From: Candidatus Latescibacterota bacterium
Lineage (GTDB): Bacteria > Latescibacterota > UBA2968
Length of the DNA: 64,000 bases
Reading direction: 5' to 3'
Assembly: GCA_965205975.1 (NCBI GenBank)
Contig: OZ242195.1
Coordinates: forward strand, 1,664,001 to 1,728,000
The notes beneath the pieces are model-generated. The model saw nothing but the letters and a program-made list of their open reading frames with translations. It was not told the DNA's origin and made no database searches. Positions within the stretch are counted from its first letter, which is position 1; each line of letters opens with the position of its first letter. The position numbers and the translations under genes are program-made. Of this stretch, positions 20,330 through 29,922 are shown in pieces.

Positions 20330-20454
20330 TGTGTTGCTCCAATTTGTTGCGGGAGAAGGGGAAAGCAACTTGTTTAAATATAGCCAATTTTTTCCTGCCT
20401 TGCAATGTGACGGGTTCGCAAACTACGAAGTCACGCATTTCTCAAGCCTTTTGA

Positions 20455-20483
20455 TTGACGTATAAATCTGTAAAGGCTATGTT
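20455..20483 (+). promoter_or_regulatory. Sigma70-type promoter
   Basis: TTGACG-17 bp-TATGTT upstream of the large lipoprotein gene. Confidence 0.5.
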
Positions 20484-20538
20484 ATATGGAACCTGGAAGA
20501 CGTGATTGCGTAAAAAGGTTCAGGAGAGGAGATTTATC

Positions 20539-23526
20539 ATGAATAACACACTGTTCAACATCGCGGTGATGTTTATTGCAGGAACAATGGCTATTGGCTG
20601 TACTGCTAATAACCAAACACCTGCTGATCACACCGTATTCGAGGGCGGCATTGCCATAACCGATACCAGTAAAGTGTCGCGCCAAATGCTTCCGTGGAAA
20701 ATGCGCGATGGGCGCTTGTGGTGGCATGGTAGCGATGGGCTTTATTTGCAAGATGGAGATATGTGGCAAAAATTCACATTGCCAGAAGGTGGTTCATTGA
20801 ATTACATCAATGCCTTTATGCAAGCACGCAATGGCTCAGTGTGGTTTGCTGGCTCGTATAAAGGTCGCCCGATTATCGCGAATTTTATTGGAAAAACCTG
20901 GCGTATATGGGATAGCAAAACGGGTTTGGGAAAACACGGAGTTGGATTTAAATTTGCCGAAGATCTGAACGGCGGTATATGGATACGCACGAGCAATAAA
21001 GATATTAAAGCTCGCGGTGGCGCTGATCGCGTCAAGGGTGGAAACGGGGTTTTGCACTTTGATGGCAAAACGTGGCACAACTATACTGTGGCAGATGGAT
21101 TGATTCACAATAGAGTTTACGATGTGGAAGCCGATCCCAATGGCGGGATGTGGATCGCAACCCTTCGCGGACTGAGCCATTACAAAGATGGCAAATGGAC
21201 ATCTCACCTTGTCGATAATATTCCCGTTGAAGAGATACGCAGCACCCATGTGTACGAGGGACGCAAAACCTATAAGCTATTTTACGATCAAAAAGGCACG
21301 CTTTGGGCCGTACATGGATCGGTTATTGGGCGCACCATAACGCGGTGCAGAGGAGGTATATCCAGCTTCGACGGCACAGCCTGGACACACTACGATGCAC
21401 ATGATGGACTGCCTATAAATGCGTCTCGAAATATCTGGCAAACAGAAAATGGCGATCTGTGGTTTGGTACACATCGAGATGATCAAACAGTGGTAGAAGC
21501 CAGAGGCTTGATGCGGTATAAAGATGGGATGTGGTTGCGATTGACGCGCAAACACGGTATTCCCCGCGATTCTGTATGGGGTCTGGTTGAAAAAGGCGAT
21601 GGGTCTTTTTATCTGGGTGTTTCTGGTATTGTATCTTATAAGCCACCTATCGATCATCTGACAACAATATCTGGTAAAGTGACCGACCAGCGCGATGGCC
21701 AACCCGTAGCAAATATGGGCATATGGGTTGAATACGACGATGGCGAGGTGCATGCCGGAACCATGACAGATGAAGATGGCCGCTATCGCGTCGAAGTCAC
21801 CCCGGGCGTATATCGCGTACGGATCGCGTCTAAGAATGCAACTGAACCCGCGACTGTTGACGCTGAATCTGATCGTGAAATTGACAATGTCGATCTGATC
21901 TTGCTCAACTCGCGCCGCGTATCAGGTTTCGTACGCGACACCTCTGATAATCCGATTGCCAATGCCGTTGTAGTGATTTCCGATGATACTTCAAATGATC
22001 GGCGATTGTCCCCTCAAGTTGTAACCACAGATGCCAATGGGAAGTTTGAAGGCTGGCAGGTCGCTGGCCCACAAGCTACTTTCGAGGTTACCGCAGAAGG
22101 ATATGCACAAACCGCGCTAACAGTTGAAAATGCAGCCACAGGCCTGATAGCAATTGCCCTAAAAGAAGGAATAACCTTACGCGGTCGCATTGTCGATGAA
22201 TCTGACCAACCCGTTGTCGAGGCGCGCGTAGCCCAGGGACGATCCCCGGTTCCCGGTGCTAAATATACAGCAGCACCTCCCCTTCCCTTTCACCGCAATA
22301 CCTATACCGATACATCGGGTTTATTTACCCTTCAGAATATAGATGCGTTCAAAGGTCATATATGGGTAACCCACCCCGAGATTGAAATCGCGAATCAAAA
22401 AATTGTACCTGTCGATAATACAATAAAACTCAAAATTGACGATGCAGGGCAGGCTGCGATGGACATAGATATCCCCGTGAAACGTATCCGTGTGTATTCT
22501 GTTGCAGGCGTGGTATCGCTAAATGAAGGTTCTATGGAAGGGCTGGAAATCACGGCTTTTTCATTTGAAAGATCAAGTGGTCCTATTTATCCGGAAACGG
22601 ACCATACAGATGCTAATGGTGCATATCGTTTAGACGATCTGGAGCCAGGGGAATATCATATTTCCGTGAGAGCGCCTGAAGAAATGGAAATAGACGGGCG
22701 CAAGATGACAATACATCGCCCAATTCAAGCTCAGACACTGGTCGTTGAAGATCGCGATGTGACGCTGAACTTTGAACCCCTGGGCGATGCGCGAATCACC
22801 GGTGTTGTAACTTACAACGACCAGCCTATTTCAGATGTTTATGTAAATACCCATATTGTAGCCGATAGCCCTGATAATTTTGTCGCACTAAGCGGTGCGA
22901 AAACGGATAAAGACGGGCGGTTTGAGTTGCGAGATCTACCTTCCGGACGGATTGCCATTTCTCTTCACAAAATGGACAACCCCGATTCTGGAGGAAAACG
23001 ATGGAGCAAAGTCGATACTATTGATCTGACAAATAAGAAAGAATTGAGTTATATGGCGACATTGGAAATGGAGGAACGCCCGACTTTGAGCGTGGGAGAT
23101 ATAGCCCCTGAATTTGAGGCTAAGCGACTAAATGGTTCAACCTTCCGACTCGCAGATTACCGGGGCAAAAAAGCCGTGTTGATCGACTTTTGGGCAACGT
23201 GGTGTCCTCCGTGCGTCGATGAAATTCCAGCAATTAAAAGCATTGCCGAAACCTATCGGGATCAGGGCCTGGAAGTCGTAGGCGTGAGTTTGGATCACGA
23301 TGAGCAAGCACTGCGAGATTTTGTAAAAGAAAAAAAGTTGAGCTATGTGCAGGTATTTGACGAAGAAAAGGCGCGGACAATAGCAAAATCCTACGGCGTA
23401 TGGGGCATCCCATCGGTATTTCTGGTAGATAAAAACGGCGTCCTCAACGCGCTGAAGCTGCGTGGTGATCGCACAGAAGCGGCTGTGAAGGCGTTATTGA
23501 CCAGTGGATCTATTTCGGCTAATTGA
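20539..23526 (+). CDS. Multidomain lipoprotein: beta-propeller repeats, carboxypeptidase-regulatory-like Ig domains, C-terminal TlpA/redoxin
   Basis: Lipobox AIGC; YTVADGLIHNRV..G.MWIAT propeller repeats; ISGKV/TDxxGxF Ig repeats; DFWATWCPPC; ATG at 20539 after GAGAGGA. Confidence 0.85.
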   Translation: MNNTLFNIAVMFIAGTMAIGCTANNQTPADHTVFEGGIAITDTSKVSRQMLPWKMRDGRLWWHGSDGLYLQDGDMWQKFTLPEGGSLNYINAFMQARNGSVWFAGSYKGRPIIANFIGKTWRIWDSKTGLGKHGVGFKFAEDLNGGIWIRTSNKDIKARGGADRVKGGNGVLHFDGKTWHNYTVADGLIHNRVYDVEADPNGGMWIATLRGLSHYKDGKWTSHLVDNIPVEEIRSTHVYEGRKTYKLFYDQKGTLWAVHGSVIGRTITRCRGGISSFDGTAWTHYDAHDGLPINASRNIWQTENGDLWFGTHRDDQTVVEARGLMRYKDGMWLRLTRKHGIPRDSVWGLVEKGDGSFYLGVSGIVSYKPPIDHLTTISGKVTDQRDGQPVANMGIWVEYDDGEVHAGTMTDEDGRYRVEVTPGVYRVRIASKNATEPATVDAESDREIDNVDLILLNSRRVSGFVRDTSDNPIANAVVVISDDTSNDRRLSPQVVTTDANGKFEGWQVAGPQATFEVTAEGYAQTALTVENAATGLIAIALKEGITLRGRIVDESDQPVVEARVAQGRSPVPGAKYTAAPPLPFHRNTYTDTSGLFTLQNIDAFKGHIWVTHPEIEIANQKIVPVDNTIKLKIDDAGQAAMDIDIPVKRIRVYSVAGVVSLNEGSMEGLEITAFSFERSSGPIYPETDHTDANGAYRLDDLEPGEYHISVRAPEEMEIDGRKMTIHRPIQAQTLVVEDRDVTLNFEPLGDARITGVVTYNDQPISDVYVNTHIVADSPDNFVALSGAKTDKDGRFELRDLPSGRIAISLHKMDNPDSGGKRWSKVDTIDLTNKKELSYMATLEMEERPTLSVGDIAPEFEAKRLNGSTFRLADYRGKKAVLIDFWATWCPPCVDEIPAIKSIAETYRDQGLEVVGVSLDHDEQALRDFVKEKKLSYVQVFDEEKARTIAKSYGVWGIPSVFLVDKNGVLNALKLRGDRTEAAVKALLTSGSISAN

Positions 23527-23587
23527 TCATATCAATCAAATTGTGACGTATGGTTTTCTACCATACTGAGCTTCTGATATGCGTCCC

Positions 23588-23624
23588 AAACCGCCCAGCA
23601 ACAACGGGCGGTTTATTTTTTTTT
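23588..23624 (+). terminator. Rho-independent terminator
   Basis: aaaccgccc...gggcggttt followed by a long T-run. Confidence 0.85.
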
Positions 23625-23651
23625 AACTTCAATCCCCTGTATAAAAAATAT

Positions 23652-23735
23652 TGCTAATTATTTCGCATTTTAGGCTTGACAACGAATTTTTAATCAGCTA
23701 TCTTTCTCAAAATTAATATGCTAATTATTTCGCAT
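23652..23735 (+). promoter_or_regulatory. blaI-like promoter flanked by two identical 17-bp candidate operators
   Basis: TGCTAATTATTTCGCAT at 23652-23668 and 23719-23735; TTGACA (23676) -17 bp- TATCTT (23699) between them. Confidence 0.75.
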
Positions 23736-23757
23736 AATAAATAAAAAGGAGCTAAAA

Positions 23758-24141
23758 ATGGCAAGACTGCGACAAGAGGGATTGACCACTCGCGAAATGG
23801 AACTCATACAGGTACTCTGGCAACAGAAAGAAGCAACCGTCGAGGTGATCCAGGCAAAATTACCCAACCGATTAGAAGGATCAACCATTCGCACACTCCT
23901 GCAAATCATGGAAGACAAAGACTATGTGACGCATGAAAAGCAAGGACGTGCCAATGTGTACCGCCCCATAATCGAACAACATCGGGTCCAATCCTCTGCA
24001 ATGAAACACATCATTCAAAAACTATTTGGCGGATCAACCGAACTCTTGTTGGCACGGCTGGTTGAAGACGAAGAGATAGACATGGACGACGTAGCGCGAT
24101 TGCGTGAAAAACTCAAGCGTCGCAAAGGAGGCACATCATGA
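23758..24141 (+). CDS. BlaI/MecI/CopY family transcriptional repressor
   Basis: LTTREMELIQVLW...TIRTLLQIMEDKDYV...GRANVY..LFGGS..LL; RBS AAGGAG. Confidence 0.92.
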   Translation: MARLRQEGLTTREMELIQVLWQQKEATVEVIQAKLPNRLEGSTIRTLLQIMEDKDYVTHEKQGRANVYRPIIEQHRVQSSAMKHIIQKLFGGSTELLLARLVEDEEIDMDDVARLREKLKRRKGGTS

Positions 24142-24470
24142 TCGGCACATTGGTCAATGTCCTGGACCCGATTGCCATCTTTCTCCTTGATGCGACTGTA
24201 AAGACCACGCTCTTTATGGGTCTTGTTCTACTTGCCGTATGGCTCCTAAGCACGCGCCAGGCAGCAAAGCGCAGTTTGCTTTTGAACTGGTGTCTTATTG
24301 GCGTACTCGTCATTCCCATCGCGTCTTTGTGTATGCCTTCACTGCGATTTCAATTTGATTCGCCATCGTCACCTTCGGAACCAGCAGTACCGCCCGCCGA
24401 ACGTGTTGTTGCGCCCGATACACCTCTGGCAAAATCCACACCTGCCCAGCAACAAAGGGTATCTACCAAA
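24138..24470 (+). pseudogene. 5' fragment of a BlaR1/M56-type membrane sensor gene, truncated by an inserted cassette
   Basis: ATGA-coupled to blaI; LLDATVKT..., AAKR.L...L TM pattern of BlaR1 N-termini; frame runs into the TIR at 24471; no HExxH core. Confidence 0.75.
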
Positions 24471-24676
24471 GGGAATTATATACTAAAGTGACCAAATTTA
24501 GAAGGCGTGTGGTTTAGGTTCACACGTCTTTTTTCTTTTCAGGGCTTTGATTGGAACGCTTGGAATACAATAAAACTGGTTGCCTGTCAAGTGTATTTTG
24601 TTATATTGTTGACAAGTTACGAGTTCTCTGTAATGCTCATTTGTTCAGCTTAAGATTATCGGTAAGGAAATAAGAT

Positions 24677-25069
24677 ATGGCTATCACAGAAGAAACGAAC
24701 CCAATAGACAAACGTCTTGACAAAGTAGAGAGTGCCTGTATTGAATTGAAGAATGGACAAACAGAGATAAAGGGGCGATTGGACAAAATAGACGGACGCT
24801 TAGAGGGGGTAGAGGGTACGTGTATTCGATTGCAAAAAGGCATTGCCGATTTACAGAGAGGGCAGGCAAGATTAGAAAAAGGACAAGAAAAGTTAGAAAA
24901 AGGACAAGTAGAAATAAATAAGCGTTTGGACGGAATGGATAAGAGATTTGACGGAATGGATAAGAGATTTGACAGAATGGATAAGAGATTTGACAGAATG
25001 GATAAAAGATTTGACAGAATGGAAAATGATATATCCGAGATAAAGGATTTACTCAAGAAATCTCGCTAA
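24677..25069 (+). CDS. Heptad-repeat coiled-coil protein (cassette cargo)
   Basis: 130 aa; DKRFD(G/R)M and LEKGQ heptads; RBS AAGGA; A-rich coding strand. Confidence 0.7.
   Translation: MAITEETNPIDKRLDKVESACIELKNGQTEIKGRLDKIDGRLEGVEGTCIRLQKGIADLQRGQARLEKGQEKLEKGQVEINKRLDGMDKRFDGMDKRFDRMDKRFDRMDKRFDRMENDISEIKDLLKKSR
24918..25022 (+). repeat. 21-bp tandem repeat x5 (ataagagatttgacagaatgg-like)
   Basis: Five adjacent near-identical units; two more 21-bp LEKGQ-coding units at about 24871-24912. Confidence 0.9.
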
Positions 25070-25155
25070 AAGCGACAAACAATGGGTAGGTAAATTGACC
25101 GATGGGACATGGGGATTATCTCTATGTCCCACCTGTTTTTTAGACGAGGTGTGTC

Positions 25156-25359
25156 ATGTTTAATGGCGTCATAAACTGTGTATTTCTCTTGCTGGTGTCT
25201 ATATCGGTGTCCCATGCCGACCATATCGCTCAGGGCGATTTTGACCAAGACGGCGATGTAGATTTCGCCGATTTTCTGGTCTTTGCAAACAACTTCAACA
25301 AGCCAATATCCGAACAGACGCTTGTTCAGCACAGCCCCGATACGGTAGTCGTCAGGGAC
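25156..25359 (+). pseudogene. Secreted EF-hand/dockerin-like protein, truncated by an IS3 remnant
   Basis: Signal peptide then GDFDQDGDVDFADFLVFANNF; RBS GAGGTG; interrupted at 25360. Confidence 0.65.
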
Positions 25360-25824
25360 TGGACTTGACCCGTTTCGGTGGGTACCTTAAAGACCTGATG
25401 GATATGGGTATCCTTGTAGGTAAGAAGCGCGTAGCGCGTCTGATGCGTGAGATGGGCATTTGTGGCGTTTCTCGCCGCAAGAGCACGCAAACGACGCGTA
25501 AGGCGCAACGGTCTGATAAGGCTCCTGATCTGGTAAAGCGCGACTTTACTGTGCCAACGGTCAATAAACTCACTGTGGCTGACATCACTTATGTACCCAC
25601 TTGGTCGGGCTTCTTGTATCTATCTGTTGTCGTGGATGCCTTCTCCCGCCGCGTCGTGGGCTGGGCAATGGCAACACGCTTGCAAAGTGAGTTGGTCGTC
25701 TCAGCTTTAAATATGGCCCTGTACCAGCGCCGTCCCGAAGACGTGATCCACCACTCTGACCAGGGGGCACAATATACCTCGATAGCGTTTGGAAAGCGTT
25801 GCCGTGAAGCTGGCGTGCGTCCCT
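25360..25824 (+). mobile_element. IS3-family remnant (left IR fused to part of orfB, internally deleted, 3' truncated)
   Basis: Begins TGGACTTGACCCGTTTCGGTGGGTACC (IS3-like IR); VARLMR, ADITYV, LYLSVVVDAFSRRVVGW, HHSDQGAQY motifs; catalytic E region missing. Confidence 0.88.
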
Positions 25825-25999
25825 ATGTTAAACGGCCAAGAATAATATAACGGGCAGTGGCTTAAGCTACTGCCCCTAAACACACAATATTTCCCCTAAT
25901 CTTTCTACCAGTGCTTTTTCAATGTTCAACAGCCTTTCCTTGTCGCAGTTCTATCCAAAATCTTTATTCAAGTTTTGGTCACTTTAGTATATAATTCCC

Positions 26000-27460
26000 A
26001 AAATTTGAAGGCTGGCAGGTCGCGGGACCACGAGCTACTTTTGAAGTCGCTGCAAAAGGATATGCACAAACCGCGCTAACAGTTGAAAACGCAGTCGAAG
26101 GCCGGATAGATATAGCTTTGAAAAAGGGAATAACCCTGCGCGGTCGCATTGTCGATGAATCCGACCAACCCGTTGTAAGGGCACGTGTGGCCTTTGGCCG
26201 CCCTCCGATTCCTCGTGCTAAATATACAGCACCACCTCCCCTCCCCTTTCACCACAATACCTATACCGATACATCGGGTTTATTTACCCTTGAAAATATA
26301 GATGTGTTCAAAGGTCATATATGGGTAACCCATCCCGATATCGGAATTATGAATCAGCAAATTGTATCTGCCGATACAATAAAGCTCGAAATTGACGACG
26401 AAGGTCAAGCAGTGATGGATATAGATATCCCGGTGAAGCGTTTCCGTGTGTATTCTGTTTCAGGCGTGGTATCCCTCAAAGAAGACGTCGTAGAAGGGCT
26501 GGAAATCAGAGCTTTTCCAGTTGAAAGATCAAATGAGCCTGCGTATCCAATCGTTTAGAGGATCTGGAGCCTGGGGAATATGGCATTTTCATGAGCGTAC
26601 CCAGGCCCGAAGAAATGGAAATAGATGGTCACACGATAACAATACATCACTCTGGTCAATCTCGGACAGTGGTAATCGAAGACCGCGATGTGACACTAAA
26701 CTTTGAGCCTCTGGGAGACGTGCGACTTACAGGTATTGCAACTTATAACGGACAGCCTGTCTCAGATGTCTATGTAAGCACCCATATTTTAGCGGATGAT
26801 CCTGAAAATTTTGTCTCATTAGGCGGTACTGAAACAGACAAAGAGGGACAATTTGGATTGCGCGGTCTGCCTTCTACGCGGATTGCCATCAGGTTTCGCA
26901 AAACAGACCACCTCGGTTCTGGTAGAAAATACTGGAGCAAAGTAGATACAATTGATCTAACGAATAAAAAAGAATTGCGTTATAGGGCGGAATTGGAAAC
27001 GGAGGAACGCCCGACCTTGAGCCTGGGAGATATGGCACCTGAATTTGAGGCCAAACGGTTGGATGGATCAACATTCCGACTATCAGATTACCGGAACAAA
27101 AAAGCCGTGTTGATCGACTTTTGGGCAACGTGGTGTGGTCCCTGCATTGATGAAATTCCGACAATTAAAAGAATTGCTGAAACCTATCGCAATCAGGGCC
27201 TGGAAGTCGTAGGCGTGAGTTTGGATCGCGATGAGAAGGCACTACGAGACTTTGTCAAAAAAGAACAGTTAAGCTATGTGCAGGTATTTGACAAAGAAAA
27301 GGCGCAAGCAATTGCAAAATCCTACGGTGTATGGGGTATTCCATCGGCATTTCTGGTAAACCAAAATGGTCTCATCAATGCGCCGAATCTGCGCGGAGAC
27401 CGCGTTGAAATTGCTGTGAAGGCATTATTGACCAATGGGCCTATTCCAGCTAAAAACTGA
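26000..27460 (+). pseudogene. 3' part of a paralog of 20539..23526 (Ig domains plus TlpA WCGPC), 5' truncated and frameshifted
   Basis: Aligns with about 22040-23526 from KFEGWQVAGP onward; net 31-nt deletion near 26550 splits it into ORFs 26118..26558 and 26591..27460. Confidence 0.85.
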
Positions 27461-27499
27461 ACTGACAAAAACTATTTACAGTATTGGCACAAAAAAAGG

Positions 27500-29887
27500 A
27501 TGAGAATGCGGTTCACAATTTATATCGGATTGATCGCGTTGATCAGTTTCTTTAGTACTGGCTCGTCCAGGGGCGCAACGGCAATAGACTCGCTATTTCA
27601 CGCAGCAGAGCAGCAAATCGGCAAGGTGAGCCGTGAAGAAAGCATTGCGACATTTCGCGACATTCTTTCACGCGATGATGCGTATGCCCCTGCATACAAC
27701 GCATTGGCGAACCTGTATTTACAAGCCAATACCGTGAATGACCGACAGCGCGCAATGCGGATGATACAGCATGCTATCGCGATTGACCCTGATAATACTG
27801 AATATCGGCTGACACGCGGGAAAATCTGGTGGGCACAGGGCTTTCGCTCACGAGCATTGGGTCAATACGAAAATGTGAGCGAAAAACATCCGGACAATGC
27901 AGAAGCTCTCAATAGTGTGGGTATGTATTGGGTATATGATTTTCTGGTACAAACTGATAGAAGAAGTCAACATCATTCAAAAGATTTCAAGATATTTGCC
28001 CAGGAAGCCAAAAGAGAAGCAGAACAAACGCTGAGAAAAAGCATCCAATTGGATGCGATGAATCAGAAATCTTATTATTTACTGGGCATACTTTACTTTG
28101 AAGATGAGGATTGGAGTTCCTTTCAAGCCTTGATGCAAGATCTCCACACCCAATATCCAGATGACAAAAATGTGTTGCTATTTTGTGGTCTTGCTCACTA
28201 TCAGCTTGGTGAATACAATGAATCGCATGAATGCTATCAGCGCGCTTATGACTTGATGAGTATTGAGGAGCGCGAGTTGCTCGATTCTATTGATCTGCTT
28301 GTCCTTATAGAAGATCATGCACCCCGCGATACGATGCAGACGGTTGATGAGCAATTGGAACGTGCGATGTTTTGGAAGAGCCAGGACCCGCTCTATTTAT
28401 CAGACTTTAACGAAAGGAAAATGGAACACTTTGGCCGTCTGGCTTATTCAAATCTGCGGTTTAAACGATTTTCTGCTAATGTCGAGGGGTGGCAGACGGA
28501 CATGGGAAAGACCTATATCAAATTTGGAAGATATAGACGACGGATATCCGGTTATGGCAGTTGTGGAAAGACGGCCAATCTGATGGAAACCTGGTTTTAC
28601 GAAACTTTCAAGATCCAATTTTGTGGTGATGGTACTGATCGTTGGAGTTTTGGTGGCGGTGATGAGGTCGGCGGTGTCAGTTTTATTCCCCCAAATAGTA
28701 GTCTCTTTGACTACTGGGACGAAGCACCTGAAAATGCTTTTAGACAGCGAACATTTTCTTTTCCCAGTACACCTCAAGAAGCCTCACATCATACCTTTCG
28801 AAAAATAGCCCAACGCTTTGTCGATCCGTATTTGAAACGAAAATACACCCTACCCTATCAGGTCGCTGCCTTTGAAGAACGAGATAGCGTGCGCGTGGAA
28901 CTCAGCTATATGATTCCCAAAAACCGATTAGAATCAAATCCCGAGACTGGCGAGGTGAGCTTTTGGGATGGCGTGTTCTTCTTTGATGAGCAGTGGCAGG
29001 ACATTTATACGTATCGCAAAGCCGTAAACTTCAAACGCAAATCCGTGAATTCCACAGTGTCGCCTCAGAAGCCGACCCAAAATGCCGCCGCGCAGCATCG
29101 CAATGATCACTTGCTGGTCTCGCGCATGTTATCCGTCCCTCAAGGCAATTATCATTTTTCAGTAGAATTATTGGATCAGACATCCGGTGCAATTGGCATA
29201 GCACGCGATGAGGAGCAGTATGTCTATGACGATGAGACCTTTCATCTGAGTGATTTGCTGGTCGGTAGTAATATCCAAGCGAGGAATGCATTGCCTGAAG
29301 GTCGTGATGACCTGATCATCACACCCAATCCCGTCCGCACGTTTTCACCGTCTGAATCGGTCTTTATCTATCTGGAACTGTACGATCTCAAACGCGATGA
29401 CTTTGGTAGTACGCAGTATGAGATCTCCTACACCATCGGCAAGCCAGAGGTAGATACCCTGTCTCCTACCTTATTCGCGTCTCAAAACCTGATTGATACG
29501 ATGGGTAAAACGGAGATTGATCTGCGGAGTGGACAAGGATATTACACCGCTTCCGAGGGTTTGCAAACCGGGCGTTCGCAGGATAGCGATGGGGTTGGTA
29601 GTATATTCGCCGATAGCAATATATGGGGCGAGACGAAGGTTTATACGAGTGGTGGGCAGGTCCATCACATTGCCGCTGAGGGCTTGAAGATCGAGCGATC
29701 ACAAGATGGGGATTTGACCCGCACAGTGACAGCCGATTATGAAGGTAGTCGGGAAAATGATTTCACGTATTTGCAGATCGATGTAAACCAGGTACCTGAA
29801 GGGATTTATCAATTGACGGTGCTGGCGAGGGATAAGAGAACTGAGCAGACGGATAGAAAATACGTTTATTTTCGCATTGTAGAGTAA
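27500..29887 (+). CDS. TPR and GWxTD domain secreted protein
   Basis: Signal peptide; TPR-like helices; FWKSQDP, NERKMEHFGR, EGWQTDMGKTYIKFG; C-terminal Ig-like FIYLELYDL. Confidence 0.85.
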   Translation: MRMRFTIYIGLIALISFFSTGSSRGATAIDSLFHAAEQQIGKVSREESIATFRDILSRDDAYAPAYNALANLYLQANTVNDRQRAMRMIQHAIAIDPDNTEYRLTRGKIWWAQGFRSRALGQYENVSEKHPDNAEALNSVGMYWVYDFLVQTDRRSQHHSKDFKIFAQEAKREAEQTLRKSIQLDAMNQKSYYLLGILYFEDEDWSSFQALMQDLHTQYPDDKNVLLFCGLAHYQLGEYNESHECYQRAYDLMSIEERELLDSIDLLVLIEDHAPRDTMQTVDEQLERAMFWKSQDPLYLSDFNERKMEHFGRLAYSNLRFKRFSANVEGWQTDMGKTYIKFGRYRRRISGYGSCGKTANLMETWFYETFKIQFCGDGTDRWSFGGGDEVGGVSFIPPNSSLFDYWDEAPENAFRQRTFSFPSTPQEASHHTFRKIAQRFVDPYLKRKYTLPYQVAAFEERDSVRVELSYMIPKNRLESNPETGEVSFWDGVFFFDEQWQDIYTYRKAVNFKRKSVNSTVSPQKPTQNAAAQHRNDHLLVSRMLSVPQGNYHFSVELLDQTSGAIGIARDEEQYVYDDETFHLSDLLVGSNIQARNALPEGRDDLIITPNPVRTFSPSESVFIYLELYDLKRDDFGSTQYEISYTIGKPEVDTLSPTLFASQNLIDTMGKTEIDLRSGQGYYTASEGLQTGRSQDSDGVGSIFADSNIWGETKVYTSGGQVHHIAAEGLKIERSQDGDLTRTVTADYEGSRENDFTYLQIDVNQVPEGIYQLTVLARDKRTEQTDRKYVYFRIVE

Positions 29888-29922
29888 AGAGCGGATACTA
29901 CTCTCGAATTATATCCTGATCT

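Larger units (their letters stand above)
24471..25999. mobile_element. Non-autonomous TIR-bounded cargo cassette (IS1595 family, ISNwi-like ends), 1529 bp
   Basis: Perfect 26-bp inverted repeats gggaattatatactaaagtgaccaaa (24471-24496; 25974-25999); both ends abut broken gene halves; no cognate transposase inside. Confidence 0.8.

Noticed and set aside
18203..20368. PolB as the core of a casposon, pipolin or prophage
   Set aside because: No cas1, integrase, terminal repeats or phage genes nearby
20370..20540. BlaI operator upstream of the intact TlpA lipoprotein gene
   Set aside because: No match to the 17-mer found by eye, so direct regulation is unsupported
24918..25022. Possible CRISPR array
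   Set aside because: Units are adjacent with no spacers and encode in-frame heptads; no cas genes in the window
24637..25056. 139-aa minus-strand ORF with SILSNLL repeats
   Set aside because: Antisense shadow of the coiled-coil gene, which has the RBS
24460..26010. Target-site duplication around the cassette
   Set aside because: The flanks share only a few A residues; no 8-bp duplication
26540..26600. Programmed frameshift between 26118..26558 and 26591..27460
   Set aside because: Comparison with the intact paralog shows a net 31-nt deletion and no slippery site
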